DNA of 64,000 nucleotides from Terriglobia bacterium. GTDB taxonomy: Bacteria > Acidobacteriota > Terriglobia > 20CM-2-55-15. The stretch lies in the NCBI GenBank assembly GCA_965218585.1, contig CBDCLE010000011.1:1-64000 (forward strand), in the 5' to 3' direction. The notes under the pieces are model-generated. The model did not search any database. It was not told the DNA's origin and saw only the letters and a list, made by a program, of their open reading frames with translations. A program made the position numbers and the translations under genes. Within the stretch, counting starts at the first letter, position 1. The number at the start of each line of letters is the position of its first letter. Positions 30,468-40,639 of the stretch are shown here, piece after piece.

Positions 30468-32029
30468 TCACTCCGGCATCGTCATCAGCGCGGCATAAAG
30501 ATCGATGGCGTACCAGAGGTTTGCAATACGCAGGTTTTCATCCGGAGCATGCTGGTTGTTGTCGTAGTTGGCGATTGGAACGGAAAAGCGCCGGTTTGCC
30601 CGCAATGTCTGTGAAAAGGTAGAGAGGGAGTGTCCCTCCTGCCCCCGGAGAGAGGACAAGAGCTCCCGGGTTGAACGCCCTGTCTGCGGCCTGGTTTGCA
30701 GCCTGGATGATTTGCTGGACGTAGGAATTGGACATCTCTGTCCGGGAAGCCGGCGCTCCGCCCCCTCCTGTGACCTTGGCGATCAGCGGATATTGGAGCC
30801 TGGTTTCCATGTCTGGGTCTTCATCGACGATATGGAATCCCTGTCCCTCAATGTGATCGACAACGAGCTGACGCATCTGGGCCGGGTCGTTCCCCTTGAC
30901 GAACCGCAGCCCCAGCGAAGCGACCGCGATGTTGGGGATGACGTTGCGCGCAAGTGAGCCTGTGTTCCCGCTGGTAATACCTCTCACATTCAAAGCCGGC
31001 ACGAGGAGTCGTTGGGGTAGGGTTTCGGGAGAACCTTCCGTCCTGAGCAGCCCCAACTCACGTTTGAGTTGGTCGTCGATATTCGGCATTTCTGCCAGTG
31101 CGGCCTGTTCTTCGGGACCCAGAGCCTCGACCGTGTCATACCATCCCTCGACCAATACGCGACCTGTCTCATCTTTCATGGACGCCAGCAGTCGAGCCAG
31201 AACATTGCCGGTATCCGGAGTCCAGTTGCCGTAGTGGCCGGAGTGCAGGCTCCGCGTTGCGCCATAGACAGTGACCTCCATTCCCATTGCGCCCCGCACT
31301 CCGAACGTCAGCAGCGGACGGCCACTCTGATGGGAGGGTCCGTCGAAAAACAACCAGATGTCTATTTCATCCAGCTCTTCGGCCATCATTTCCATGTAAC
31401 GGCCGAGGCTCGGCCGAACCCGCTTCCTCCTCACCGTCGAAGAAAAAGATGAGATTGGATGTGGGCGTCACGCCTTCGCTCCTGAAGGCCTTGAGAACGG
31501 GAAGGATAGCTGCAATAGGGCCCTTGTCGTCCCCTGCAGAGCGGGCATAGAGTCGCCATTCCGGATCCACGGCTTCACCCGGTTCGGGCAGAGGACGTGG
31601 CTCGCCTCCCGACTCCATTGAAGCCGTATAGAGGGTGGGCTCGAACGGGGGATGGGTCCAGTTGGACGGATCCACGGGCTGTCCGTCGTAGTGGACGTAG
31701 ACACCCAGAGTCCGCGTGGCGCCGGGAACACTCAATTTGCCATAGACGATGGGAGGTGTTCCCTCCAGTTCGAGCAGTTTGGCATCCACGCCGACTCCGT
31801 CGAGTTGATCGCGGATGTATCCCGCTGCTCGTCCAATGTCTTCGAGGTCAGCGGCCCGATTCGGATACGTCAGCAACTCGGCGAAATCCCGGACGATCTC
31901 GGCCTCGTTCGCCTCCCGATAGGCTCGGGCAACTTCGGGTCCGGTTTGGGCGGCAAGGGGCAACGGGCCAGAGGCCAGCAGAAGGCTCAGCAGAGTGGCA
32001 GAAACGCTTAGTCGACTCAGGTAGCTCAT
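30468..32029 (-). CDS. M20/M25/M40 metallopeptidase with signal peptide; two frameshifts
   Basis: HYDGQP, RSAGDDKG, DGEEE, HSGHYG and NNQHAPDEN across three ORF pieces. Confidence 0.88.
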
Positions 32030-32167
32030 CGAAATCCTCTCCTCGAATTGCGGTATTGGTGTGTTTAACGGCTGCGGTGAGTCTACAGAAGCGAAAGTGT
32101 GGGATCAATCGGAGTCTACAGGGAAGGGCGCCGGCCGGATTTCCGAGCCGGCGCTTCTAAAACGGGC

Positions 32168-33302
32168 TCAATCCTCCACCGGGGGGAGGCGGGCGCCACT
32201 GCCCGGTTCGGGGGCTTCTTCGGACACTACAGGTAGACGCAACGTCCCGATCCCGTCAATGCTGGCCGTGATCTCTTCTCCGGGTTGCAGGAATCGCTGC
32301 TCACCGCGGACCGCTGTGCCGACGCCGGTCCCCCCGGACGTCCCGTTGTTGATCACGTCGCCCGGAAAGAGCGTCACGATCGAGGACGCATACTCCACCA
32401 GTTCCCAAAGGGAGTGGATCATGTCGCCCCCGGTAGCTTCCTGCATCGGAGTGTCGCCGATGCTCAACGTCTGCCGGAGAATCTCCATGGGATTGCCGTA
32501 GAATTCCTTCGGAATGATCCACGGCCCCATCGGGGCGAAGGTGTCGTGTCCCTTGGAGACGAACCAGTCCGACCGCAGCGGGTTTCCTCCCGGCGGCCGC
32601 CCCCCCCCTGTCGGATATGTCGAGTGAGACCGTGTATCCGAATATATGGTCTTCGGCTTCGTCTGCGGGGACATACTTCGAGGCGCGCCCGATCACTGCT
32701 GCGAGCTCGACTTCCCAATCGATTCGGGTGCGACCGTAGGGCAGAACAACAGAGTCGCCGTTGCCGATGACGGCGCCCTCGGGAGGTTTCAGGAAAAGAT
32801 AAGGCACGCCGCGGTTTTCTCTGCGTCCGCGCCTGGCTTCGGCGCGTTCTTCCGGCGCCCCTTGTTCGTCCACGTGGCTGTAAAAATTCACGGCGGCGTT
32901 AAGGATTTTCCCTGGATAGATAATCGGCGGCAGCGTCCGAAGAGAATCAACATCGTGTACATAGTCCGGTCGATTGCTGCCCGTGAGCTGTGTGTTCAAG
33001 ACCAGGTTGTTGACGATCTCGTAGAGGCGGGCCTTCAGACCATACTCATACCTGCTGATCAATTCCTTCATGTCGGCGGGCATAGGGAGCACCGGATACA
33101 TCCGGTTCGACTCCAGCGCCGCGTTCGCTTCATTGAGATCGACGATCAGGCTGTCGCGCAGGACGATCCCGATGCGCGGTGCTCCCTCGATTTCAAACGT
33201 TCCAAGTTTGAAGATCTCCGTTACATCCTCGGGCCCTTGGGCCCAGAGCGGGTCGGGAATGAGAAGAGCTACAAACAGAGTGAGAGTTAAAGTAAGTCGC
33301 AT
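32168..33302 (-). CDS. FAH-family protein with signal peptide; frameshift in a homopolymer run at ~32600
   Basis: FLKPP, IDWEVELAAVI, DISDRG / SKGHDTFAPMGP and GDVINNGT; paralog of 18803-19900. Confidence 0.88.
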
Positions 33303-33565
33303 GTTGCTCCTTGTAGGTCACCGCCTTTCGGGCGGTACCATTCGAACACATCCGGAATTTGAATCGCTGTTTCTTCCGGGTTGTACTCCTCGAGAACCGG
33401 GCTGTCAAGACATTGGTGTGGTGGGCTCGGGGGACGCGTGGTCGAGAGACGGGAGTGAGTTGTTCTACATCGAACCCGGGAATCCGCCACCGAGACTGAA
33501 GTCAGTCCAGGGCTGGGCAATATTGGCGGCAAGGAGGGTCCCGACCTCCTGGGCCCAGCCTCAGT

Positions 33566-34590
33566 TCAATACCGCTCCAGGCACTCGTAAGGGTGGACGA
33601 TGTTCTCGGGGCGCCACACGAAGTACCGAGTCAGGTCGAACGATTCTGTGAAGTATTCAGGATCGGTAACGGTTATTCGATAATCCAGGCGATCGTAGGT
33701 TTCATTCGGGATGAAGCGTTCGACCACGGAAAGGCTCTCGCTCTGCGGTACACCATCAGGATCAAAATACCCTGCGGCGATGTGATCGGTTCGAACCACC
33801 AGCGTATTGCCTTGCCATCGCCCCCGTGAGAAGCCAAACAGCGTGTGTTCTTCAGGTGGCACCGCGTCGGGATTCATATGAATGCGCCGGCGGCCATCGT
33901 ACTCTTCGATCCGCATTAATATGTCTTCATTCTGCCTTACAAATTCGATCGGAAACGGCGTGATCATCAGAAGCGGCGTTCCTTTCGTACCGCAGCGAAG
34001 CAACGAATTGTCGAGCGGGTCCCACTCGGCAACGACTGCTTCGGCGGCGGCAGTTAGCGGATAGCCACCCTTGAACATCGGAAACGCGGCTGGATCGCTC
34101 ATGACCGTGCTCCAAACACGGAAGATTCCATCGGCCGCGGCGATCGCCGCTGCCGCGTTCGATTCATCGAACTCGCGGCCGACGAGATTGCCGCTCTTTC
34201 CCGCAGGGAAATAGGGATTGCGGGGGTTAAACGCCAGCTCGTAACCGCTTCCTAACAGGATATTGCGGCCATTCATGGCTGTAGGGTCTCTGCGCGATGG
34301 AGCACCGGCAACACTGATTCGGTCGCCGACAGCGATTAGCTCCGTGCTGAGTCCCCGATTACGCATGATGCTTACCGTAGGAGTCTCGATCGTCCATTCC
34401 AACGTTTCCCCGGATTCCTCGTCAACTTCCACCACGATTCGCCCGTGGGGATTACGCCATGACACGTCACTGACGACGCCGACAATCTCGACGGTCTTGC
34501 TGGCATCGAATATCGCGACAGTACTGTGGTGGCCATAGACGCTCCCTGCCAATACTACAGATCCTATTTAAGAGTGGCTACTTTCGACAT
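33566..34590 (-). CDS. DUF6152-containing exported protein; frameshift within the signal peptide
   Basis: GHHS...WRNPH; homologous to 6538-7587; GGAGG upstream of ATG 34590. Confidence 0.8.
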
Positions 34591-34736
34591 GTCGGTCCTC
34601 CCCCGGCTCGGTTATCCGTCTGGCTTAAGGCCGCAAGATAACAGAAATGGGCCGAAGAACAGCGGAAATCCTGTAGTTCGCCCTTTGGCACTCCCGCCTT
34701 TGCTTTGTACTCTTTGACGACGGGTCGGCGAGTTTC

Positions 34737-34759
34737 GTGCGGTCATAGACCGCACCTAC
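34737..34759 (-). repeat. GTAG-type REP element (GTAG GTGCGGTC TAT GACCGCAC)
   Basis: GTAG tetranucleotide followed by a perfect 8-bp stem with 3-nt loop. Confidence 0.75.
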
Positions 34760-34761
34760 AG

Positions 34762-34810
34762 AAGAAGGCCCGAAGCACATCCGCTCCGGGCCCTTTCTGA
34801 AGATCATCCG
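34762..34810 (-). repeat. 49-bp direct repeat copy 1; terminator-like hairpin downstream of the HD-domain gene
   Basis: 48/49 identical to 36663-36711; stem GGCCCGGAGC/GCTTCGGGCC followed by a T-rich tail on the minus strand. Confidence 0.85.
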
Positions 34811-34834
34811 AGATTCTGAATCCTGGCTGTCGAT

Positions 34835-35638
34835 TTACAGCGGAGTATCCGGATTCGCGATCGAACGCCACATATGCGCCGACGGGCTGTTGTCATAGCC
34901 CAAACCCTCCGCCGGCTGTCTGAACTGGCGCCCCACGATATCCACAAACGGATCCAAGGTTACTTCCACCCCCTCTTCGAAGGAGTACAGGTCGTTGACC
35001 GTGACCTGACGTGGCAGCATATACCACTCATGGTTGCGAACAAACGCGTAGTTCGCCTGGAGCTGCGGTGTGGGTTCGTAGTCGTGTCCAAAAAGTCTGT
35101 GGTACAAGTCAGGGTAGAAATATCCAGCTTCCTCGTCGGTGTAGAACCGCAGTACCTGATGGTTCCGGAGTGCGAAAGCCACTTGTTCGGAAACATAGGG
35201 TGCGTACAGGTCCGCTCCCCAAAAACCATGGTCCACGCGCATCAGGCACTGGACGGTATCGTGGATGAGACAGGCGAAGACGACTTCTTCCGGCATACCT
35301 TCTTTCAGTGCCAGATTGGCGCTCTGCAGGCAGTGGTCTTGCGCTGCAAGCCGGTGTTCAAAGAAGTCAAAGAAGGTTGGTTTTTCAGGTAATGGCTCCA
35401 GTCTTTCAACCTTCGAGCCATCAGGGGTAACGAACAGGCGACCGACTCCCCTGCGATAGTGCCGCGTTGTGATCTGTGCCTCGATTTCCGCGACAGTCGG
35501 AAACTCGGCCTGCGTGCCGGCTTCCAGATTCTCGATCATGTACGTTTCCAGCGCTTCCGCCTTTGCTTCGTGGCTCATAAGGCTGACCGCCGTCGTGCCT
35601 CCGAGGCTGGCGATAAAATGTCGTCGATTGATCTCCAT
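34835..35638 (-). CDS. HD-domain protein (PhnZ/MIOX-like metal ligands) with twin-arginine leader
   Basis: NRRHFIAS; DHCLQSA, LIHD, DHG, RNH and VNDLY. Confidence 0.8.
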   Translation of the reverse strand: MEINRRHFIASLGGTTAVSLMSHEAKAEALETYMIENLEAGTQAEFPTVAEIEAQITTRHYRRGVGRLFVTPDGSKVERLEPLPEKPTFFDFFEHRLAAQDHCLQSANLALKEGMPEEVVFACLIHDTVQCLMRVDHGFWGADLYAPYVSEQVAFALRNHQVLRFYTDEEAGYFYPDLYHRLFGHDYEPTPQLQANYAFVRNHEWYMLPRQVTVNDLYSFEEGVEVTLDPFVDIVGRQFRQPAEGLGYDNSPSAHMWRSIANPDTPL

Positions 35639-35778
35639 GTTGTTCTCCGTCGATGAGGTTTCGTCCTACCCTGTTCGTATCCGAGTTCGCCCCATTCTGC
35701 CAGTCTCGGGTGGGTTCTTCAACGATTCTGATAAAGATACGGAGGATCTTCCCGAGGTCAGCATTGGTTTGCCGCAGC

Positions 35779-36609
35779 TCATCTTTCCCGAGCCACAGCA
35801 ATAGCCTGATTGAGGGCAGCATAGAACTCTTCCGGCGCGACGAACGGATGGGGTTCACCAGGCTGCCGCTGGGCCAGAGCGTCGGCACGGGCAAAGAGAT
35901 CGTCAATAAAAGGATGATTCGAAAGCCGAACTTCTATGCCTTCCATCGCCGAAATACGCTCCAGATCGTCGATATACCGCTCGACAGCGGCTGGTTCATC
36001 CGTCCGCAAGTTCATTCCGCCATGAAGATAAGCCGTGTGCCCTCTGCCCTGATCCATTACCGGGAACTCTATCGACACGACGCCGGGGGTGTGACCGGGA
36101 GTCACGTCAAACCGGAGTGTCGCATCACCCAGAGTCAGGGTTTCATCCTGTCCAATAACCCAGTCCCGCCGAGGCGCACGATCGCCCTGTTCGTTTTCGA
36201 TCAGGGTCCAATCTGGGGCTGTGGCACCGATAGTGGCACCCGTACGATCCTGCAGCTCTCGTCCCAGCCCGTAATGGTCACGGTGGCCGTGGGTAATGAT
36301 CACGTACTTGAGATCGGCGGGATCAAAGCCGAGTTGGCGAACGTTGCCCAGCAGGTACTCGGGATAACCGGCCATATCGAAAAGTGCGTCGATGAGGATC
36401 AGACCATCGCTTGTGGTCAGCAGGTAGCTGGAAACGAACTCGGTCCTCACGAAATAGAAATTGTCGAAAATCTTGAAGGGTTGGCGTCCCTGGTCATCAA
36501 GATCGAAGCTGTCAGGTATGCCACGCTGCGGCTGTGCGGTTAGGTTGCCGCTGATCAATAACGTACTGAAAATCGTCACGACGACGATACGCTTCATTCG
36601 GCTCGACAT
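35779..36609 (-). CDS. Metallo-beta-lactamase-fold hydrolase, subclass B3-like, with signal peptide
   Basis: PFKIFDNFY, THGHRDH, TPGHTPG and SNHP. Confidence 0.88.
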   Translation of the reverse strand: MSSRMKRIVVVTIFSTLLISGNLTAQPQRGIPDSFDLDDQGRQPFKIFDNFYFVRTEFVSSYLLTTSDGLILIDALFDMAGYPEYLLGNVRQLGFDPADLKYVIITHGHRDHYGLGRELQDRTGATIGATAPDWTLIENEQGDRAPRRDWVIGQDETLTLGDATLRFDVTPGHTPGVVSIEFPVMDQGRGHTAYLHGGMNLRTDEPAAVERYIDDLERISAMEGIEVRLSNHPFIDDLFARADALAQRQPGEPHPFVAPEEFYAALNQAIAVARER

Positions 36610-36662
36610 GTCATCCTCCTTCTCGTATCCATGTTGAGTTTTGCATAAAGACTCAGCGCACA

Positions 36663-36711
36663 AAGAAGGCCCGAAGCACATTCGCTCCGGGCCCTTTCTG
36701 AAGATCATCCG
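36663..36711 (-). repeat. 49-bp direct repeat copy 2; terminator-like hairpin
   Basis: Matches 34762-34810; lies 4 nt after the stop codon of 36716-37570. Confidence 0.85.
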
Positions 36712-36715
36712 GAAT

Positions 36716-37570
36716 TTAACGTTCCGGCATCAGCTCCTTGATCCGTGCCTTGAACTCCGGATACATGGTTGCCGGTCCGCCCTCGGTCGCCTCCAGAGGC
36801 AATGAGTAAACCCCAGCCGCTTCCAGTTCGTACGGATTCTCGCCTGGAAAATAATGCGGCACGAAACCCGGTTCCCGGTCGACTTCCGTCACTACGGTAC
36901 ATGGATACGGCGGCACCTGCTGATTCCGTTCCCAGAGGAACTCGCCTGTTCTGAAGAGAGGCTCCTCAAGGTAGATTGGATCGTAAGTGATCGTCGTCCA
37001 CGTGATGACGTCGTTGTTGCGGATCAGGTACTCGACAACCTCGGCGCGATCGCTTCGCGGGAGACCGTTTCGACGGATATAGTCTTCTTTGAGATGTGTC
37101 GTATGGATCCGCAACACATCGCCCACCCAGGTGCCGGTTGAGAAACCGGACCACGTGTGCGGTTCGTTCGGGCCCGGATGCGGGCGGCCGTCCATGTAGA
37201 TAGGACGGTCGACCGACCGCAGCCATTCCATGTGGTACGCCGTGATATTCCGGGTCACCGGATCGATTTCCGCAGTGATGTAAGGATCCGAAGGCCCGCG
37301 GGTGATGTAGTCCACGCCGTGGGGGCGGCACTGCCATTCCGGCAGGGACTGGATCGAGGAATCCCAGAGTTCGGCTCGGGCACGGGACGAATCATTGATG
37401 GGCATCCCCATAAACTCACCGAGTTCCGGCCCGCTGGCCCGTTCGTCCCGGTCCTCGTCAAAGACGGGTCCCCATTGGCCTGAAAGGTCCATCTGGGCAA
37501 ATGCCGGCACGCCTGCAAGTAGCGTGATAGCCAACAACATGCCGAGATTCCTGACTGACGTAATATTCAT
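36716..37570 (-). CDS. Exported hypothetical protein, duplicate A
   Basis: Signal peptide AFA-QMDLSGQW; mature part nearly identical to 39575-40432. Confidence 0.85.
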   Translation of the reverse strand: MNITSVRNLGMLLAITLLAGVPAFAQMDLSGQWGPVFDEDRDERASGPELGEFMGMPINDSSRARAELWDSSIQSLPEWQCRPHGVDYITRGPSDPYITAEIDPVTRNITAYHMEWLRSVDRPIYMDGRPHPGPNEPHTWSGFSTGTWVGDVLRIHTTHLKEDYIRRNGLPRSDRAEVVEYLIRNNDVITWTTITYDPIYLEEPLFRTGEFLWERNQQVPPYPCTVVTEVDREPGFVPHYFPGENPYELEAAGVYSLPLEATEGGPATMYPEFKARIKELMPER

Positions 37571-37595
37571 CTAGTCCTCCTGTGCAATGTTGTTT

Positions 37596-38393
37596 TTACT
37601 CGTAGGCTGAACACGGAGTCGGATTCCAGTTCGAATCATCCGGTTCCTTCTTATAGTGGGTACTCTGCATGTATCGTCGGGTCAGGTAGAGAGGATCCTC
37701 ATAGAATGCCGTCAGCACCAGCCACGAATCGGGGTCGAAACCTGCGACGCTGGGCTCATCAAACGTAAAGAGAAACTCCGTCATCTCTGTCTGATTACTG
37801 TATGGAACGCCGTTGCGACGGAGATAGCCCATACGCATGTGGTCGGTAACGACTCTCAACCGGCCGGCCGGTACCGAACCGGGCTCCCGGCCTCCCCGAG
37901 CGCGCAACCATTCCGCTCGGGAGAAGCCCTGCCAGGAATCATCATCGGGGGCGGCCATCGAGTCGTCGAAGTGGAGGAGCCGCGTCTGCGTTCCGGCATC
38001 GGTGTCGATCCGAAGTGTGTTTTCGTCTTCCCACGTGATATTGAGCCGTCCAGGAATCCGCATGACGCCGCCAGCGCCGTAATACCGGCACTCTTCGCCG
38101 GCCGCCAGGTCGTCATCCGGGTCCCACGCATCGGCAATCTCCCGCGCCGCCGGTGTCATGGCGGTGCTCTCATAGTCACCCTTAGAGGGAACGACCATCC
38201 GGTGCCGCCAGCCTTCGGTGACGACCGACACCCAGGTGCCGGTGATGTCGATCGGCGGGTCTTCCATGGCCGGCCCCGGAGGCGGGCCACCCCTTTGGGC
38301 AAGCACGTCAGTGGGAACAGTAAGCAGGAGTCCTATAACGAGCGTCAAGGCAAAGTGACTCCCATGGAGAGTTCTGGAATTCATATTATTCAC
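37596..38393 (-). CDS. Exported hypothetical protein (same broad family: DITGTW, C..YG, YLRRNGVPYS)
   Basis: Signal peptide; motifs shared with the flanking duplicates. Confidence 0.8.
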   Translation of the reverse strand: MNNMNSRTLHGSHFALTLVIGLLLTVPTDVLAQRGGPPPGPAMEDPPIDITGTWVSVVTEGWRHRMVVPSKGDYESTAMTPAAREIADAWDPDDDLAAGEECRYYGAGGVMRIPGRLNITWEDENTLRIDTDAGTQTRLLHFDDSMAAPDDDSWQGFSRAEWLRARGGREPGSVPAGRLRVVTDHMRMGYLRRNGVPYSNQTEMTEFLFTFDEPSVAGFDPDSWLVLTAFYEDPLYLTRRYMQSTHYKKEPDDSNWNPTPCSAYE

Positions 38394-39489
38394 CTCTCCC
38401 TTCGACGAGGCTTCGATATACTGCTGTCACGAAATCCGTTGTCGTCCACTGGCCACTATCGGCACCATAAAGACCGTCGTAAGCCTTGGTGGGCCGTTCT
38501 TCGAGAACCTGGTCCAGGGACCAGCCCCGATTGATCATCTCCTGGATGTTGTTGCGAATGATCGTCACCATGTCCCGGTAATAACCCACGTCTGCGGAAT
38601 CGCTGAGCCGGCCGCTACCTGGAATGACCGACGTACCCCCTTCGGTACGGAATTCGGGAATGGCAGTTTCAAGGACCCAGTTGAGCGCATCAAGGACACC
38701 ATCGATGCTGCCACCGTTCGCCAGATCGATGATGGGATACGACGTCTGCCTGAAGAAATCCCCCGTCACGATCACGTCCGACCGGGGTATGTAGACCAGG
38801 GTATGACCGCCGGTGGTTGCCTGAGGCATATGGATCATGCGGACGCCGTCGCCGTTGAAGAAATGGCTGATCTTGTAGCTTGTCCCGTAATACGTGTCGG
38901 TCGGAAACATCAGGTAGTTCAGACCGTCCTCGGCCATGTCGAAGAGGACTTCTTCATGGGCGTAAATACTTGCTCCCTGGCCCGCATCCCGGATACTGCC
39001 GGTGACATTACCGCCGACGAATGTCTGTCCGGATTCCCGTATGACCTGATTGCCACCGACATGACTGGGTTGCGAAGTCGTGTTGATGATGTAGCGGACT
39101 GGCTTCGGAGGGGAGTAGCCGTCCCGATAGGCCAGAATGGCCAGTCGTCCCTCGGCACCCCAGTTGTCGATGCCCGCCCAGGCATGGGTCTGGGCCTGGT
39201 TCTGCATGTGGTGGATTGCGGATATCGTTTCCAGGACTTCATCGGCCATCGCGGCCGTCCCGGAGTCGACGAGCAGGACGCCGTCGGGGCCGATCGAAGC
39301 CGTGATGTTGCTGCCGGCGCCGGCGAGCATGTAAATCGGTCCCCGGACCCAGACGACGTCGATCGGCGACTCCTGAGCCTGGACGACCCTGATGAAGGGG
39401 AGGACGCCCAGAACGACGGCCAGCAATACCGGCAAAGGCCTCCCGAGCCGTTTGGACTGTGAGTGTTGGTTTTTCATTCCTGTCTCCAA
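38386..39489 (-). CDS. Cyclase-like MBL-fold exported protein with degenerate metal site
   Basis: IYMLAGAGSNI, LLVDSG, INTTSQPSHVGGN (for HxHxDH), TGD and IPGSG (for IPGHG). Confidence 0.82.
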   Translation of the reverse strand: METGMKNQHSQSKRLGRPLPVLLAVVLGVLPFIRVVQAQESPIDVVWVRGPIYMLAGAGSNITASIGPDGVLLVDSGTAAMADEVLETISAIHHMQNQAQTHAWAGIDNWGAEGRLAILAYRDGYSPPKPVRYIINTTSQPSHVGGNQVIRESGQTFVGGNVTGSIRDAGQGASIYAHEEVLFDMAEDGLNYLMFPTDTYYGTSYKISHFFNGDGVRMIHMPQATTGGHTLVYIPRSDVIVTGDFFRQTSYPIIDLANGGSIDGVLDALNWVLETAIPEFRTEGGTSVIPGSGRLSDSADVGYYRDMVTIIRNNIQEMINRGWSLDQVLEERPTKAYDGLYGADSGQWTTTDFVTAVYRSLVEGRGE

Positions 39490-39574
39490 ATTGTTCTCAA
39501 AATATCTAAGCGGTATCCCGGTGGAATGCGGGCTACGATTCGTTCAATAGATCATTGCAGAATTCAAGTTGGCC

Positions 39575-40432
39575 TTATCGCTCCGGCATCAATTCCTTGA
39601 CCCGCGCTTTGAACTCCGGATACATCGTTTCCAGGCCACCCTGGGTCGCTTCGAGCGGCAGCGAGTAGACACCGGCGGCTTCGAGGGCGTACGGATTCTC
39701 TCCAGGAAAATAGTGCGGCACAAACCCCGGCTCCCGGTCGACTTCCGTGACCACAGTGCATGGATACGGCGGCACCTGCTGGTTTCGCTCCCAAAGGAAC
39801 TCGCCCGTTCGGATCAAGGGTTCTTCCAGGTAAATCGGGTCGTAAGTGACCGTCGTCCATGTGATGACGTCGTCGTTGCGAATCAGGTATTCAACCACTT
39901 CGGCGCGATCGCTTCGCGGCAGACCGTTTCTTCGGATGTAGTCTTCCTTGATGTGCGTTGTATGGATCCGGAGAACGTCGCCCACCCAGGTGCCGGTCGA
40001 AAAGCCCGACCACGTGTGAGGCTCGTTCGGACCCGGATGCGGACGCCCATCCATATAAATGGGCCGGTCTACCGAGCGTAACCATTCCATGTGATACGCG
40101 GTGATATTCCGGGTCACCGGATCGATTTCTGCCGTGATATAGGGATCGGAAGGCCCGCGGGTGATGTAGTCCACGCCATGGGGCCGGCACTGCCATTCCG
40201 ACAGCGACTGAATCGAGGAATCCCAGAGGTCGGCCCTGGCGCGTGACGCATCGTTGATGGGCATCCCCATGTACTCGCCCAGTTCGGGGCCTCCAACGCG
40301 TTCGTCGAGGTCTTCGTCCCCGACCACCGGCCCCCACTGGCCTGAAAGATCCATCTGCGCGAATGATGGGATTGCGGTCAGGGCGATCGTGGTGAGGCAG
40401 AAGACGAGTACTCTAAAAGGACTAAATCTCAT
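39575..40432 (-). CDS. Exported hypothetical protein, duplicate B
   Basis: Near-identical mature protein to 36716-37570 with a different signal peptide. Confidence 0.85.
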   Translation of the reverse strand: MRFSPFRVLVFCLTTIALTAIPSFAQMDLSGQWGPVVGDEDLDERVGGPELGEYMGMPINDASRARADLWDSSIQSLSEWQCRPHGVDYITRGPSDPYITAEIDPVTRNITAYHMEWLRSVDRPIYMDGRPHPGPNEPHTWSGFSTGTWVGDVLRIHTTHIKEDYIRRNGLPRSDRAEVVEYLIRNDDVITWTTVTYDPIYLEEPLIRTGEFLWERNQQVPPYPCTVVTEVDREPGFVPHYFPGENPYALEAAGVYSLPLEATQGGLETMYPEFKARVKELMPER

Positions 40433-40639
40433 ATCTCCTTCCCAAAAAGAAAGACGGGCTCTCTCATCGAGATACAGACTGAGGAAGCCCGCGAATGATT
40501 TGAGAGGCTCCGCAGCCCCTTTATTTCATAGCATCTTATCACCCTTGGCGGGTTTTATTCCAAGTCCAAATCAGGTGCCTCCGAGCCTCCCCAGCCCTCA
40601 CGAATTGACTCCTGACACAACGGGTGCTAGGTTCCGCCC

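Noticed and set aside
33415-33500. AWSRDGSELFYIEPG, a PD40/TolB-like fragment
   Set aside because: Too short and without a start; at most a gene remnant
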